This document shows positions 1-9,387 of a stretch of DNA of 64,000 bases, piece after piece. Position 1 is the first letter of the stretch, and each line of letters begins with the position of its first letter. Origin of the DNA: an uncultured Lachnospiraceae bacterium (GTDB lineage Bacteria; Bacillota; Clostridia; Lachnospirales; Lachnospiraceae); NCBI GenBank assembly GCA_900548905.1, contig URMK01000022.1, positions 34,692 through 98,691 of the forward strand. The letters are read 5' to 3'. The notes beneath the pieces were generated by a model. That model did not search any database, was not told the DNA's origin, and worked only from the letters and a program-made list of their open reading frames with translations. The position numbers and the translations under genes are program-made.

Positions 1-300
1 TACGGCCCCCTGGATGGCTTTCATACCCTGACCGCTTTGTGCATTGATTTCCAGTGCCTTGATTCCCTGTTCCTGAAACCAGGCTGTCCATGCGCGGTTG
101 CATACCGGATCCGCCAAGTCCGACTTGTTCAGAAGAACCAGCCTGGCTTTGTTCTTCCCCAGCTCATCGATATCCGGGTTTCTGCTGCTCATGGGAATAC
201 GGGCATCCACCAGTTCTATAATCAAATCTATCAGTTTGATATCTTCCTGCATAGCACGTCTTGCCTTCGTCATATGCCCAGGATACCATTGGTAATTCAT
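1..300 (-). CDS. rbgA: Ribosome biogenesis GTPase RbgA/YlqF, 5' part (runs off window start)
   Basis: Manual translation MNYQWYPGHMTKARRAMQEDIKLIDLIIELVDARIPMSSRNP...LNKSDL; GGAG RBS upstream; usual position after rplS-lepB. Confidence 0.93.
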   Translation of the reverse strand, partial: MNYQWYPGHMTKARRAMQEDIKLIDLIIELVDARIPMSSRNPDIDELGKNKARLVLLNKSDLADPVCNRAWTAWFQEQGIKALEINAQSGQGMKAIQGAV

Positions 301-351
301 GTTACACTCCTATCCGCCCGCACCGGCAGGCATGCGGCCTTAAGCCGCGCT

Positions 352-969
352 TTATTTTATGGGTCCCATAGTGCTGCTTCCCTCACTCATCTTAAACCAG
401 GCTTTCCCAACAATATCATCCCTGGCAACCGCCCCGATGTTTCCGGACCGGCTGTCCTCGCTGCTGTTGCAGTTGTCACCCATAACAAAATATTCATCAT
501 TTCCCAGCTTTATTTCATGCTCCGCAATTCCCGCATCTGCTATGAGATCATACGTATCATCTTCCACCGGCTTCCTGTTCACATACAGGATTCCTTCAAT
601 TATCTGAACGGTTTCCCCGGGGACGGCCACCACACGCTTTACATAGTAATGCGTATTCTGGTTTCCGTTAGGCAGGAACACCACCACATCCCCCGCCTTT
701 GGATTAGACAGCTTATAGATAAACCGGTTGATCAGGATTTCCTGTCCGTTATAAAGAGCCGGCTCCATAGAGACCCCGATAACACTGGTACGTATTCCCA
801 CGAAATAAACTATAACAAATGCCAGAAAAGCAGCGATTGCAATACCCAGCACATAACTGAGGATTTCATGAAGTATGGCTGTACTTATTTTCTTCCTTCT
901 TCTGTAAAAACTTAATCCCTTTGACCTTCTCATTCGTAATTTCCCATATTCTGCAGTTAAAGTTTCCAT
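352..969 (-). CDS. lepB: Signal peptidase I (start may be 933)
   Basis: TM segment, GVSMEP catalytic Ser, YVKRV Lys, GDN..SEDSR motif. Confidence 0.93.
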   Translation of the reverse strand: METLTAEYGKLRMRRSKGLSFYRRRKKISTAILHEILSYVLGIAIAAFLAFVIVYFVGIRTSVIGVSMEPALYNGQEILINRFIYKLSNPKAGDVVVFLPNGNQNTHYYVKRVVAVPGETVQIIEGILYVNRKPVEDDTYDLIADAGIAEHEIKLGNDEYFVMGDNCNSSEDSRSGNIGAVARDDIVGKAWFKMSEGSSTMGPIK

Positions 970-1051
970 GTACCGGACGATTGATTCATTCTATCACGAA
1001 ATACACAAAACTGGCAAGCGGGCAACTCCCCTGGGGTTCCTATAATTAAGC

Positions 1052-1083
1052 AAAAAGGGACAACCACCACAGCGGCTGCCCCT
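1052..1083 (-). terminator. Probable intrinsic terminator after rplS
   Basis: Minus-strand imperfect stem AGGGGCAGCCG...GGTTGTCCCT followed by a T-run. Confidence 0.6.
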
Positions 1084-1097
1084 CATACCGTATCCGA

Positions 1098-1445
1098 TTA
1101 TTTTACCAGCTCTTTAACCTTAGCCTTTTTACCTACTCTGTCTCTTAAATAATTCAGCTTGGCTCTTCTTACTTTACCTTTTCTTACCACTTCAACCTTC
1201 TCTACATTGGGAGAATGCAGCGGCCATGTCTTTTCAACGCCGATGCCGTTAGAAGCTTTTCTTACAGTAAAGGTAGCCCTGTTGCTGCCGCCCTGCTTTT
1301 TCAGGACAACGCCTTCGAATACCTGAACTCTTTCACGGTTTCCTTCTTTGATTTTACCATAAACTCTTACGGTATCACCTACATTGAACTCGGGAACTTC
1401 CGCTCTCAGCTGTTCTGCTTCAATTGCTCTAATAATGTCGTTCAT
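1098..1445 (-). CDS. rplS: 50S ribosomal protein L19
   Basis: [12 protein letters not shown]...VGDTVRV...[11 protein letters not shown]...[20 protein letters not shown]. Confidence 0.98.
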   Translation of the reverse strand: MNDIIRAIEAEQLRAEVPEFNVGDTVRVYGKIKEGNRERVQVFEGVVLKKQGGSNRATFTVRKASNGIGVEKTWPLHSPNVEKVEVVRKGKVRRAKLNYLRDRVGKKAKVKELVK

Positions 1446-1467
1446 TGCTCTTCCTCCTGATTTATCG

Positions 1468-1504
1468 GATGTTCTTAATACATTTCCTGTAACAGAGGAC
1501 CATC
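1468..1504 (-). promoter_or_regulatory. L19 leader-like cis-regulatory RNA
   Basis: GATGGTCCTCTGT...AAGAACATC stem just before the rplS RBS, resembling the Firmicute L19 leader; sigA-like promoter TTGCTT-N17-TATATT at 1552-1524. Confidence 0.7.
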
Positions 1505-1562
1505 TCATTTTCGCAACGTTAATAATATACCATATTGTTCCTGCAAAAGCAAGTACAAATTA

Positions 1563-2963
1563 TTAGGAAATCCAATAGACCGTATCTCTGCCGATACGCA
1601 GACCCAGCTTTTGCTGCAGCTTTACGGATGCCTCATTATCAGCAAAAATCTGGCAGAAAGGGACCCTGCCCTCTTCCAGGATACGGTTGATCAGATGCCG
1701 TTCCAGGGCTTCACCGATCCCCCTTCTGCGGAAAGGCTCAAACACCTCCAGCATTCCCATACTGCTTTCAGCATGTATACCGATAAAACCAGCCAGTGTT
1801 TCCTCTTCAAAAGCGCCGTACATCCTGCCGGAACGGATCCTCTCCTCCAGATATTCCTTATCATGTACCGTATGGTAGTGGGAATATACCTCCTCCAGGA
1901 AAGCAACCGTCAAAGGCCTGATACAAAAACGGAAATCCTCTTCCAAAAGAGTCTTTCTGGTATAGACCGCCTGGACACAGGCATTCACGATTCCGGCATC
2001 AAAACGCCTGCAGATACTATCCTTCAGGAAGTCCTGATGCGCAACGAAAAGGCCGTCCTTCAGCCCTCTTGGAATAAGGGAAAGAAGCCGTTCCCCCATA
2101 TCTTCATCCGAAGCGGATACCATTACGGCCCCGCTCGGCTCATCCTTAAGCAGAACCCCCTCTTCTTCCCCGCACAGGATATCCGCCTGTCCCGCGCGGA
2201 TCACCTCAATCATATCCATATGGGTTATTTTGCTTTTCAGAAGCCAGGAAAGCGCCTTTGCTTCCCTGGCATAGGTTGCATAGAGATCCGGCCGGCGTTC
2301 CCTGGTACGGTTTTCAGACTGCTGCAGACGCCATTGTTCCACCTTAGCATGATCCCCTGAAAGAAGCACCTGAGGGACCTTCTTTTCCATCCATACCTCA
2401 GGTCTTGTGTACTGCGGGTACTCCAGAAGATTATTGTGGAAGGATTCAAACTCCGCCGACTCTTCGTTTTTCAGCACACCGGGAACAAGCCGGGATATGG
2501 CATCTACCATCACCATGGAAGGAAGCTCTCCCCCGGTAAGCACATAATCTCCGATGGAAATATAGTCTGTCACTATGGTTTCAAGAACCCTTTCATCGAT
2601 CCCCTCGTAATGGCCGCATAAAAAAACAAGATCCTCTTCTCCTGCCATTTCCTGAGCCATCTGCTGATTGAATACACTTCCCTGGGGGGTTACATAAATT
2701 ACCCGGGGCTTCTTTCTGCCTTCTTCACAGATTTTTTCTTCTATACAGCGGTAGGCATCATAAACAGGCTGCGCCTGCATCAGCATACCGGCACCGCCGC
2801 CATAAGGGTAATCATCTACTTTTTTATGCTTGTTCACCGTAAAGTCCCGGATATTTACCGCTTCCAGGCTGATATGGCCATCCGCAGCCGCCCGGCCCAG
2901 AATACTTGTATTCAACCCGCCTGCAACCATATCCGGAAAAAGAGTCAGTATATGGAACTTCAT
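1563..2963 (-). CDS. trmD: tRNA (guanine37-N1)-methyltransferase TrmD fused to a C-terminal GNAT acetyltransferase (466 aa)
   Basis: MKFHILTLFP..DDYPYGGGAGM..CGHYEGIDER..GDYVLTGGE..RRPDL, then ~235 aa more with FRRRGIGEAL and NEASVKLQQKLG; ATG overlaps the rimM stop. Confidence 0.95.
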   Translation of the reverse strand: MKFHILTLFPDMVAGGLNTSILGRAAADGHISLEAVNIRDFTVNKHKKVDDYPYGGGAGMLMQAQPVYDAYRCIEEKICEEGRKKPRVIYVTPQGSVFNQQMAQEMAGEEDLVFLCGHYEGIDERVLETIVTDYISIGDYVLTGGELPSMVMVDAISRLVPGVLKNEESAEFESFHNNLLEYPQYTRPEVWMEKKVPQVLLSGDHAKVEQWRLQQSENRTRERRPDLYATYAREAKALSWLLKSKITHMDMIEVIRAGQADILCGEEEGVLLKDEPSGAVMVSASDEDMGERLLSLIPRGLKDGLFVAHQDFLKDSICRRFDAGIVNACVQAVYTRKTLLEEDFRFCIRPLTVAFLEEVYSHYHTVHDKEYLEERIRSGRMYGAFEEETLAGFIGIHAESSMGMLEVFEPFRRRGIGEALERHLINRILEEGRVPFCQIFADNEASVKLQQKLGLRIGRDTVYWIS

Positions 2964-3502
2964 TCCTGCTTTCCTCCGCGGCCATCTTTGCCAAGTTCCA
3001 GCAAACCGTCCAGGAGATGTACACGCATTCTGGCATTCTCCACATCCACATCCAGAATGCATTCTTTAATTGCCGGAATGAGTACGCTTCCTCCCTGAAG
3101 CAGCGTTACCTCATAGACATCATTTGCCCCTGTTGTAATCACATCACGGAGTGTCCCCAATTCCGTACCGTCTTCCAGTTCCACCGTCATATCTATCAAA
3201 TCGGCAATAAAATATTCATCCCGTCTCAGCCGCACAGCATTTTCCCGTGTCACATACAGACCGGCTTTCCCGAATTTTTCCACATCATTAATATCATCAA
3301 GTCCTTTGAACTTGAGAATTACAAACTGTTTAAAAAATTTAACACCTTCCAGTTCCAGTATTCTGTTTTCCTTCCCATTGTCCAGAATCACTTGCTTCAG
3401 CCTTCTGAACCTGGCGGGATCATCCGTGGTAGGATAAACTTTTACCTCTCCCTTCAGGCCATGGGTTGCCGTAATGATTCCCACCTGCAGTCTTTGCTCC
3501 AT
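2960..3502 (-). CDS. rimM: 16S rRNA processing protein RimM
   Basis: VGIITATHGLKGEVKV, TGANDVY, LIPAIKECI; synteny. Confidence 0.96.
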   Translation of the reverse strand: MEQRLQVGIITATHGLKGEVKVYPTTDDPARFRRLKQVILDNGKENRILELEGVKFFKQFVILKFKGLDDINDVEKFGKAGLYVTRENAVRLRRDEYFIADLIDMTVELEDGTELGTLRDVITTGANDVYEVTLLQGGSVLIPAIKECILDVDVENARMRVHLLDGLLELGKDGRGGKQE

Positions 3503-3621
3503 CCTCGTCCTCATCCATTTACTTATTTATTTATTCAATCTGTGCTCCGTTATTTCGCTGTATGGGGTAACATCCGGAAACAAAAAGCCGCTTCCCATAA
3601 AGGAGCAGCCTTTTTGTCTTA

Positions 3622-3849
3622 TCAGATGATCTCTACATCCACATGCTTTTTGTCTTCCAGAGCAGCCGCCTTCACAACCGCACGGATTGCTTTGGCGATA
3701 CGGCCCTGCTTACCGATTACTTTGCCCATGTCGGACGGTGCAACGTGAAGCTCAATTGTCGTTATTTTTCCGTTTTCTTTTTCCGTAACGACCACTTCCT
3801 CCGGGTTGTCAACAAGTGCTTTAGCAATCACTTCAACCAGTTCTTTCAT
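3622..3849 (-). CDS. khpA: KH-domain RNA-binding protein KhpA
   Basis: MKELVEVIAKALVD..DMGKVIGKQGRIAKAIR; downstream of rpsP. Confidence 0.93.
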   Translation of the reverse strand: MKELVEVIAKALVDNPEEVVVTEKENGKITTIELHVAPSDMGKVIGKQGRIAKAIRAVVKAAALEDKKHVDVEII

Positions 3850-3917
3850 TACTTTCCCTCCATTCAACCGGATATCCGCTCAGCAGACACGGATATCCTC
3901 TCCTTAGCAAAGAGGTC

Positions 3918-4163
3918 TTATTTTTCGATTCCTGCTGCCTTGAAGATTTTGCTGACTACCTCTGTGGGCTGTGCACCATTGTTCAGCCATTTCTTTGCCA
4001 GTTCTTCATTTACCTTGAACTCACTGGGATTCTTGTTGGGATCATAGGTTCCGATTTCTTCGATGAATCTACCGTCTCTGGGAGATCTGGAATCTGCCAC
4101 GATAATTCTGTAAAAAGGAGCCTTCTTCTGTCCCATTCTTCTTAATCTGATCTTTACTGCCAT
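3918..4163 (-). CDS. rpsP: 30S ribosomal protein S16
   Basis: [35 protein letters not shown]. Confidence 0.99.
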   Translation of the reverse strand: MAVKIRLRRMGQKKAPFYRIIVADSRSPRDGRFIEEIGTYDPNKNPSEFKVNEELAKKWLNNGAQPTEVVSKIFKAAGIEK

Positions 4164-4201
4164 TTTTTTACCTCCGGAAATGTTTGCTTATTTATAATTT
4201 A

Positions 4202-5554
4202 TTAAAAAGGAAGTTTAAACTTACCCTTTTTGCCTCCAAAACCTCCCATCATGCCGGGAAGCTGTTTCATCATTTTCTGACTCTGTTCAAATTGTTTGAT
4301 GAAACGGTTTACAACACTGATATCCACCCCTGCGCCTTTGGCAATCCGGTGTTTTCTGCTGGGATTAAGCAGTTTGGGATTCCGGCGTTCCGCCGGTGTC
4401 ATAGAAAGAACCACAGCCTCCATCCGGGCCATCTGTTTCTCATCCACCATGGATTCAATATCCGCCGATTTGCCGCCGATACCGGGCATCATGCTTAAAA
4501 TACTGGACAGGCCGCCCATATTACGCATTTGTTTCATGCTTTCCAGGTAATCCTCAAAATCGAATTTCCCTTTCTTCATGCGGGACGCCATCTCTTTTTC
4601 CTTGTCGGCATCCAGTTCCAGGCTCGCCTGAGCTTTATCAATTAAGGAAAGGACATCACCCATGCCGAGTATCCGGCCGGCCATCCTGTCCGGGTAAAAC
4701 TGTTCCAAATCGGAAAGCTTTTCTCCCATACCTACATAAAGGATAGGCTTTCCTGTCACCGCTTTGACGGAAAGAGCCGCACCGCCGCGGGTATCACCAT
4801 CCATTTTGGAAAGGATAACTCCATCCACACCCACTTTTTCGTCAAATTCCTTAGCCACATTCACGGCATCCTGACCGGTCATGGCATCCACCACCAAAAG
4901 GGTCTGGTGGACAGTGATATTCTCCTTGATTTCCTGCAGTTCCCGCATCATATCTTCATCAATATGCAGACGGCCTGCCGTATCCAGGATTACCACGTTA
5001 TTTCCGTTTTTCTGTGCATGCTCCATGCCTGCTTTGGCAATATCCAGAGGGCGGTTCTTCGTTCCCATGGAAAAAGCATCCACATTCTGCTTCTTTGCAT
5101 TGATTTCCAGCTGTTCCACAGCTGCCGGACGATAAATATCACAGGCAACCAGCAGAGGTTTTTTCCCCTTCAGCTTAAACTTGCCCGCAAGCTTGGCTGC
5201 AGTGGTGGTTTTACCTGCACCCTGAAGACCACACATCATAATAACCGTAGTAGACTTTCCCGGCTGCATGGCGATCTCCGTGGTTTCCGATCCCATCAGG
5301 GCAGTCATTTCTTCGTTAACAATCTTAATTACCATCTGCCCGGGGTTCAGTCCGTTCATCACATCCGCGCCAATCGCCCTGGTTTCCACGGATTTAACGA
5401 ACTGCTTTACTACGCGGAAATTAACATCCGCCTCCAGAAGGGCCATTTTGACTTCCTTAAGAGCTGTTTTCACATCCTCTTCCGTCAGCCGTCCCTTTCC
5501 CCGCAGGTTCTTGAAAACGTTCTGGAGTTTATCGGTTAAGCTCTCAAATGCCAT
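4202..5554 (-). CDS. ffh: Signal recognition particle protein Ffh
   Basis: GLQGAGKTT, DTAGR, KMDGDTRGGAALS, Met-rich M domain. Confidence 0.98.
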   Translation of the reverse strand: MAFESLTDKLQNVFKNLRGKGRLTEEDVKTALKEVKMALLEADVNFRVVKQFVKSVETRAIGADVMNGLNPGQMVIKIVNEEMTALMGSETTEIAMQPGKSTTVIMMCGLQGAGKTTTAAKLAGKFKLKGKKPLLVACDIYRPAAVEQLEINAKKQNVDAFSMGTKNRPLDIAKAGMEHAQKNGNNVVILDTAGRLHIDEDMMRELQEIKENITVHQTLLVVDAMTGQDAVNVAKEFDEKVGVDGVILSKMDGDTRGGAALSVKAVTGKPILYVGMGEKLSDLEQFYPDRMAGRILGMGDVLSLIDKAQASLELDADKEKEMASRMKKGKFDFEDYLESMKQMRNMGGLSSILSMMPGIGGKSADIESMVDEKQMARMEAVVLSMTPAERRNPKLLNPSRKHRIAKGAGVDISVVNRFIKQFEQSQKMMKQLPGMMGGFGGKKGKFKLPF

Positions 5555-5579
5555 AAACACAATTTCCTTTACTGATACT

Positions 5580-5900
5580 TTACAGTTCTTCCAGAATCTC
5601 GTCAGCCAGCTTAATTACCGCTTCTTCGGAAGCCTGACGTTTAATCTCTTCCAGCTTTTCCGTGATATTCCGGAATTTCTCCATCAGGTGCAGCCTGCTT
5701 TCATATTCTTCCAGCGTCTTATCACACCTTTTTATCAAATCATGAACCCCCTGCCTGCTGATACCCGCTTCCTGGGCAATCTCGCTTAAAGACATGTCGT
5801 TCATTACCGCATCCTCATAGATCCGGCGCTGGTGCTCCGTGAGCAAATCGCCGTAAAAATCATATAACAGACCCTGTTCCACAATCTTTTCCATATTCAT
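5580..5900 (-). CDS. ylxM: YlxM family DNA-binding protein
   Basis: [31 protein letters not shown]; directly upstream of ffh. Confidence 0.93.
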   Translation of the reverse strand: MNMEKIVEQGLLYDFYGDLLTEHQRRIYEDAVMNDMSLSEIAQEAGISRQGVHDLIKRCDKTLEEYESRLHLMEKFRNITEKLEEIKRQASEEAVIKLADEILEEL

Positions 5901-5985
5901 CCATCCTGTGCCTGTTATCGGTTTGTTCTGCTGTCATGGCGTTTTCTGCCTTCCGGACAGACACCATCCGCACACCGCATGAGTT

Positions 5986-6014
5986 ATCTTACTATAAACA
6001 AAGAGAGGTGTCAA
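5986..6014 (-). promoter_or_regulatory. sigA-type promoter of ylxM-ffh
   Basis: TTGACA-N17-TAAGAT on the minus strand. Confidence 0.7.
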
Positions 6015-6041
6015 GTATTTTTTCTTGACACCTCATATCAC

Positions 6042-6923
6042 TTAAATTCTTTCACTGAATATATTCTTGTACCCTTCCCCATAAATCTCAGTAGCGCTTG
6101 AAACTATCATAAAAGCCAGCGGATCCTCCTCCTTCACTATCTCCTCCGCTTTAGGAGACATGGTATTGCGCATCACGCACATGATAACCTGTTTGGGGTT
6201 ATTGCTGTATGCCCCTCTGCCCTCCAGGTAGGTCACCCCGATATCCAGTTCCTCCAGAAGCCTGGCTGTTATCTTTTCCGAATGGTCACTGATAATGTAG
6301 ATAAGCTTTGCTTCGTCCCGACCGTACAGAACTGCATCAAACGTAATACTGCAAATGACCACTGCAAGTATGGCATACATAATCGTATCAAAATCTCCGA
6401 ATACAAACAGGGATGCGGAAACGATCAGGATATCCGTCAGGAAAAAGAGCCTTCCGGTTTTCAGATGTTTATATTTCAGTCTCAGGAATTTAACAATAAT
6501 ATCTGTTCCGCCTGTGGTAGCCCCCGCTTTAAACACAATTCCCAGACCGATTGCCATCAAAAGACCTCCTGCCAGGGCCGCAAGCAGCGGCTGGGAGGTC
6601 AGGGCACCGAAACGGGTAAAAAAATTGGTGAATACCGAGCACATAAATGTGGCGTAAATAGTGGAAATAATGAAACGCAGACCAAATTTCCAAAGTCCTG
6701 CTATCAGTATGGGGATATTGATCAGAAGCATACCCGACCCCGTAGGCAGGCCTGTCAGACGGTTAATGATAACTGCAATACCTGTCACCCCGCCGGGCGC
6801 CAGGTTATTCGGATCCAGAAAAAGGCTGATACTCACTCCATATATACAGGCAGCCACCGTAATCAGAATATAATCAAATATCCGCCTCTTTACCGTCTTT
6901 TTTTCTATAAATTCTTCTGCCAT
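6042..6923 (-). CDS. YitT family membrane protein
   Basis: LAPGGVTGIA, GATTGGTDII, GVTYLEGRGAYS, DPLAFMIV. Confidence 0.88.
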   Translation of the reverse strand: MAEEFIEKKTVKRRIFDYILITVAACIYGVSISLFLDPNNLAPGGVTGIAVIINRLTGLPTGSGMLLINIPILIAGLWKFGLRFIISTIYATFMCSVFTNFFTRFGALTSQPLLAALAGGLLMAIGLGIVFKAGATTGGTDIIVKFLRLKYKHLKTGRLFFLTDILIVSASLFVFGDFDTIMYAILAVVICSITFDAVLYGRDEAKLIYIISDHSEKITARLLEELDIGVTYLEGRGAYSNNPKQVIMCVMRNTMSPKAEEIVKEEDPLAFMIVSSATEIYGEGYKNIFSERI

Positions 6924-7078
6924 TACATACCTCCTACTTTACTATAGCCGGAAAAAGGAAAAACCGCATAATTATCTTACGCGGTTTTATCCGTGCAGCG
7001 GACTGCACTTCTTTCCTATCAAAACAATGAAACATCAGAGAAGAGGAGCCGTCCGGATCATTTTCTGCAATCCGGGCC

Positions 7079-8305
7079 TTAAATATTCGTTCTTACGCTT
7101 TTAGGCTTATATCCTTCTCTTTCAAGAGCAGAAATAATCTGCTGCTTATGATCGGTACCGAAGGCTTCCAGTGTAATCCGCAGTTCCACAGCCGCGCTGC
7201 GGTTAATGGAAACAAACTGGTTATGCTCCAGTTTAATCACATTTCCGTTTTCCTTAGCGATCACATCCGCCACACGGGAAAGTTCACCCGGCTTATCCGG
7301 CAGCAGAACGGATACGGTAAAGATGCGGTCACGGAATATCAGACCATGCTGGACCACAGAAGACATCGTAATAACGTCCATATTGCCGCCGCTTAAAATA
7401 GACACTACCTTTTTGTTTTTCACATCCAGGTGCTTCAGGGCCGCAACGGTAAGCAGGCCTGAATTTTCCACTATCATCTTGTGGTTTTCCACCATATCCA
7501 GAAAAGCAACAACCAGTTCTTCATCCTCAATCGTTATGATTTCATCGATATTTTCCTGTATGTAAGGGAAGATAATGCTACCAGGTGTTTTTACCGCCGT
7601 ACCGTCGGCAATTGTATTCACGCGGTCCAGGGTCACCACTTTGCCCTTTTCCAGAGACGCCTGCATACAGTTTGCCCCGGCAGGTTCCACACCAATCACA
7701 TGGATTTTAGGATTCAGAAGCTTCGCAAGCGTGGATACACCGGTAGCCAGACCGCCTCCGCCCACCGGTACGAGTATATAGTCCACCAGGGGCAGTTCTT
7801 TGAAGATTTCCATCATAATGGTTCCCTGGCCGGTTGCCACCACCGGGTCATCAAACGGATGGATGAAGGTGTAGCCCATCTCCTCCGCCAATTCGTAAGC
7901 TCTGGCACAGGCTTCATCGTATACATCCCCGTAAAGAACCACCTGCGCACCGTAATTTTTGGTGCGGTTCACCTTCATTAAAGGTGTGGTGGTAGGCATA
8001 ACAATGACCGCTTTGCAGCCATAGGCTTTTGCCGCATAGGCTACGCCCTGGGCATGATTCCCCGCAGATGCGGTAATCAGGCCCTTGCCGCGTTCTTCTT
8101 CCGTCAGGGTGCTTATTTTATAATAAGCGCCGCGCAGCTTATAAGCGCCCGTAAGCTGCATATTTTCCGGTTTAAAATATACCTTATTCCCCGACTGGTT
8201 GCTGAAGTATTCGCTGTATACCAGCTTGGTCTCCTGTGTTACTTTTTTTACCACCTCGGAAGCTTCTTCAAATTTCTCCAGGGTAAGCATCTTGCTTTCT
8301 TCCAT
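7079..8305 (-). CDS. ilvA: Threonine ammonia-lyase with C-terminal ACT domain
   Basis: KPENMQLTGAYKLRGA PLP Lys, SAGNHAQG, SGGN, DKPGEL; start chosen by GGAGG RBS. Confidence 0.92.
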   Translation of the reverse strand: MEESKMLTLEKFEEASEVVKKVTQETKLVYSEYFSNQSGNKVYFKPENMQLTGAYKLRGAYYKISTLTEEERGKGLITASAGNHAQGVAYAAKAYGCKAVIVMPTTTPLMKVNRTKNYGAQVVLYGDVYDEACARAYELAEEMGYTFIHPFDDPVVATGQGTIMMEIFKELPLVDYILVPVGGGGLATGVSTLAKLLNPKIHVIGVEPAGANCMQASLEKGKVVTLDRVNTIADGTAVKTPGSIIFPYIQENIDEIITIEDEELVVAFLDMVENHKMIVENSGLLTVAALKHLDVKNKKVVSILSGGNMDVITMSSVVQHGLIFRDRIFTVSVLLPDKPGELSRVADVIAKENGNVIKLEHNQFVSINRSAAVELRITLEAFGTDHKQQIISALEREGYKPKSVRTNI

Positions 8306-8366
8306 GTTTTCCTCCATTCCGGTGTCTGTACGGACAGACCGTTCCTTCCGCGCAGGCCCTGGCGTT

Positions 8367-9359
8367 TTATTCTTCTGTTTTTCTGTCAAACAGGGCATTT
8401 ACAAACTGATCCGGATCAAATTTCTGCAGATCTTCCATATCTTCCCCCACACCGATATATTTTACCGGGACATTCAGCTCCGATTGTATGGCGACCGCAA
8501 TGCCGCCTTTAGCCGTACCATCCATTTTGGTCAGGATAATGCCGGTCAGTTCCGCCACTTCTCCGAATTCCCTCGCCTGGGCAAGGGCATTCTGCCCGGT
8601 TGTCCCGTCCAACACGACCAGATTTTCCCGATGGGCATCCGGGAACTCCCGATCGATAATACGGTTCATTTTTTTCAGTTCTTCCATCAGGTTTTTCTTA
8701 TTGTGGAGCCTGCCTGCGGTATCGCACAGCAGAACATCCACATGTCTGGCCTTTGCCGCATTCACCGCATCAAATACCACACTGGCCGGATCCGATCCTT
8801 CTGCGCCGCCTATCATATCCACACCGGCCCGGTTGGCCCAGCCCGCAAGCTGTTCCCCCGCAGCCGCACGGAAGGTATCCGCAGCCGCAATGAGGACCTT
8901 TCGCCCCTGCTCCTTAAGGATACCGGCAAGCTTTCCCACAGATGTGGTCTTTCCCACACCGTTCACTCCGATGACAAGGATTACGGACTGTTTTTTTTCA
9001 AAATCATATGCGGTTTCTCCCACCTGCATCTGCTCTCTTATACTGTCGATAAGAAGCTGCTTACAGGCTGCAGGTTCTTTGACATGCTGCTCCTTCACCT
9101 GCTTTTTCAGACGCTGCAGAATATCAGAGGTGGCATTCACACCGATATCTCCCATAATGAGGATCTCTTCCAGTTCTTCATAAAACTCATCGTCGATTGC
9201 AGAAAAACCGTTAAATACCGAATCGATCCCGTTTACAATATTATTTCTTGTTTTATTAAGCCCTTCCTTCAGCCGGGCAAAAAAGCCTTTCTTTTCCTCG
9301 GAAGGTTTTGATTCCGTGGAATTCTTTGATTCCATGGAATTCTTTGATTCCATATTCAT
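8367..9359 (-). CDS. ftsY: SRP receptor FtsY
   Basis: GVNGVGKTT, DTFRAAA, DTAGR, TKMDGTAKGG. Confidence 0.98.
   Translation of the reverse strand: MNMESKNSMESKNSTESKPSEEKKGFFARLKEGLNKTRNNIVNGIDSVFNGFSAIDDEFYEELEEILIMGDIGVNATSDILQRLKKQVKEQHVKEPAACKQLLIDSIREQMQVGETAYDFEKKQSVILVIGVNGVGKTTSVGKLAGILKEQGRKVLIAAADTFRAAAGEQLAGWANRAGVDMIGGAEGSDPASVVFDAVNAAKARHVDVLLCDTAGRLHNKKNLMEELKKMNRIIDREFPDAHRENLVVLDGTTGQNALAQAREFGEVAELTGIILTKMDGTAKGGIAVAIQSELNVPVKYIGVGEDMEDLQKFDPDQFVNALFDRKTEE
9300..9353 (-). repeat. 3 x 18-bp tandem repeat in the ftsY 5' end
   Basis: ATGGAATCAAAGAATTCC x2 + ACGGAATCAAAACCTTCC (MESKNS MESKNS TESKPS). Confidence 0.95.
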
Positions 9360-9387
9360 ATTCTCTCTCCTTCACCGTTATCACAGA

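Noticed and set aside
37..915. Long plus-strand ORFs (also 8199-9311, 9922-11220, 17686-18984, 21807-23537, 34740-35777)
   Set aside because: Antisense shadows of well-supported minus-strand genes; no recognisable motifs.
8288..8317. MEENMEESKM at the ilvA start as a fourth copy of the 18-bp family
   Set aside because: 12-bp spacing and no TTCC half-site; explained by RBS plus start codons.
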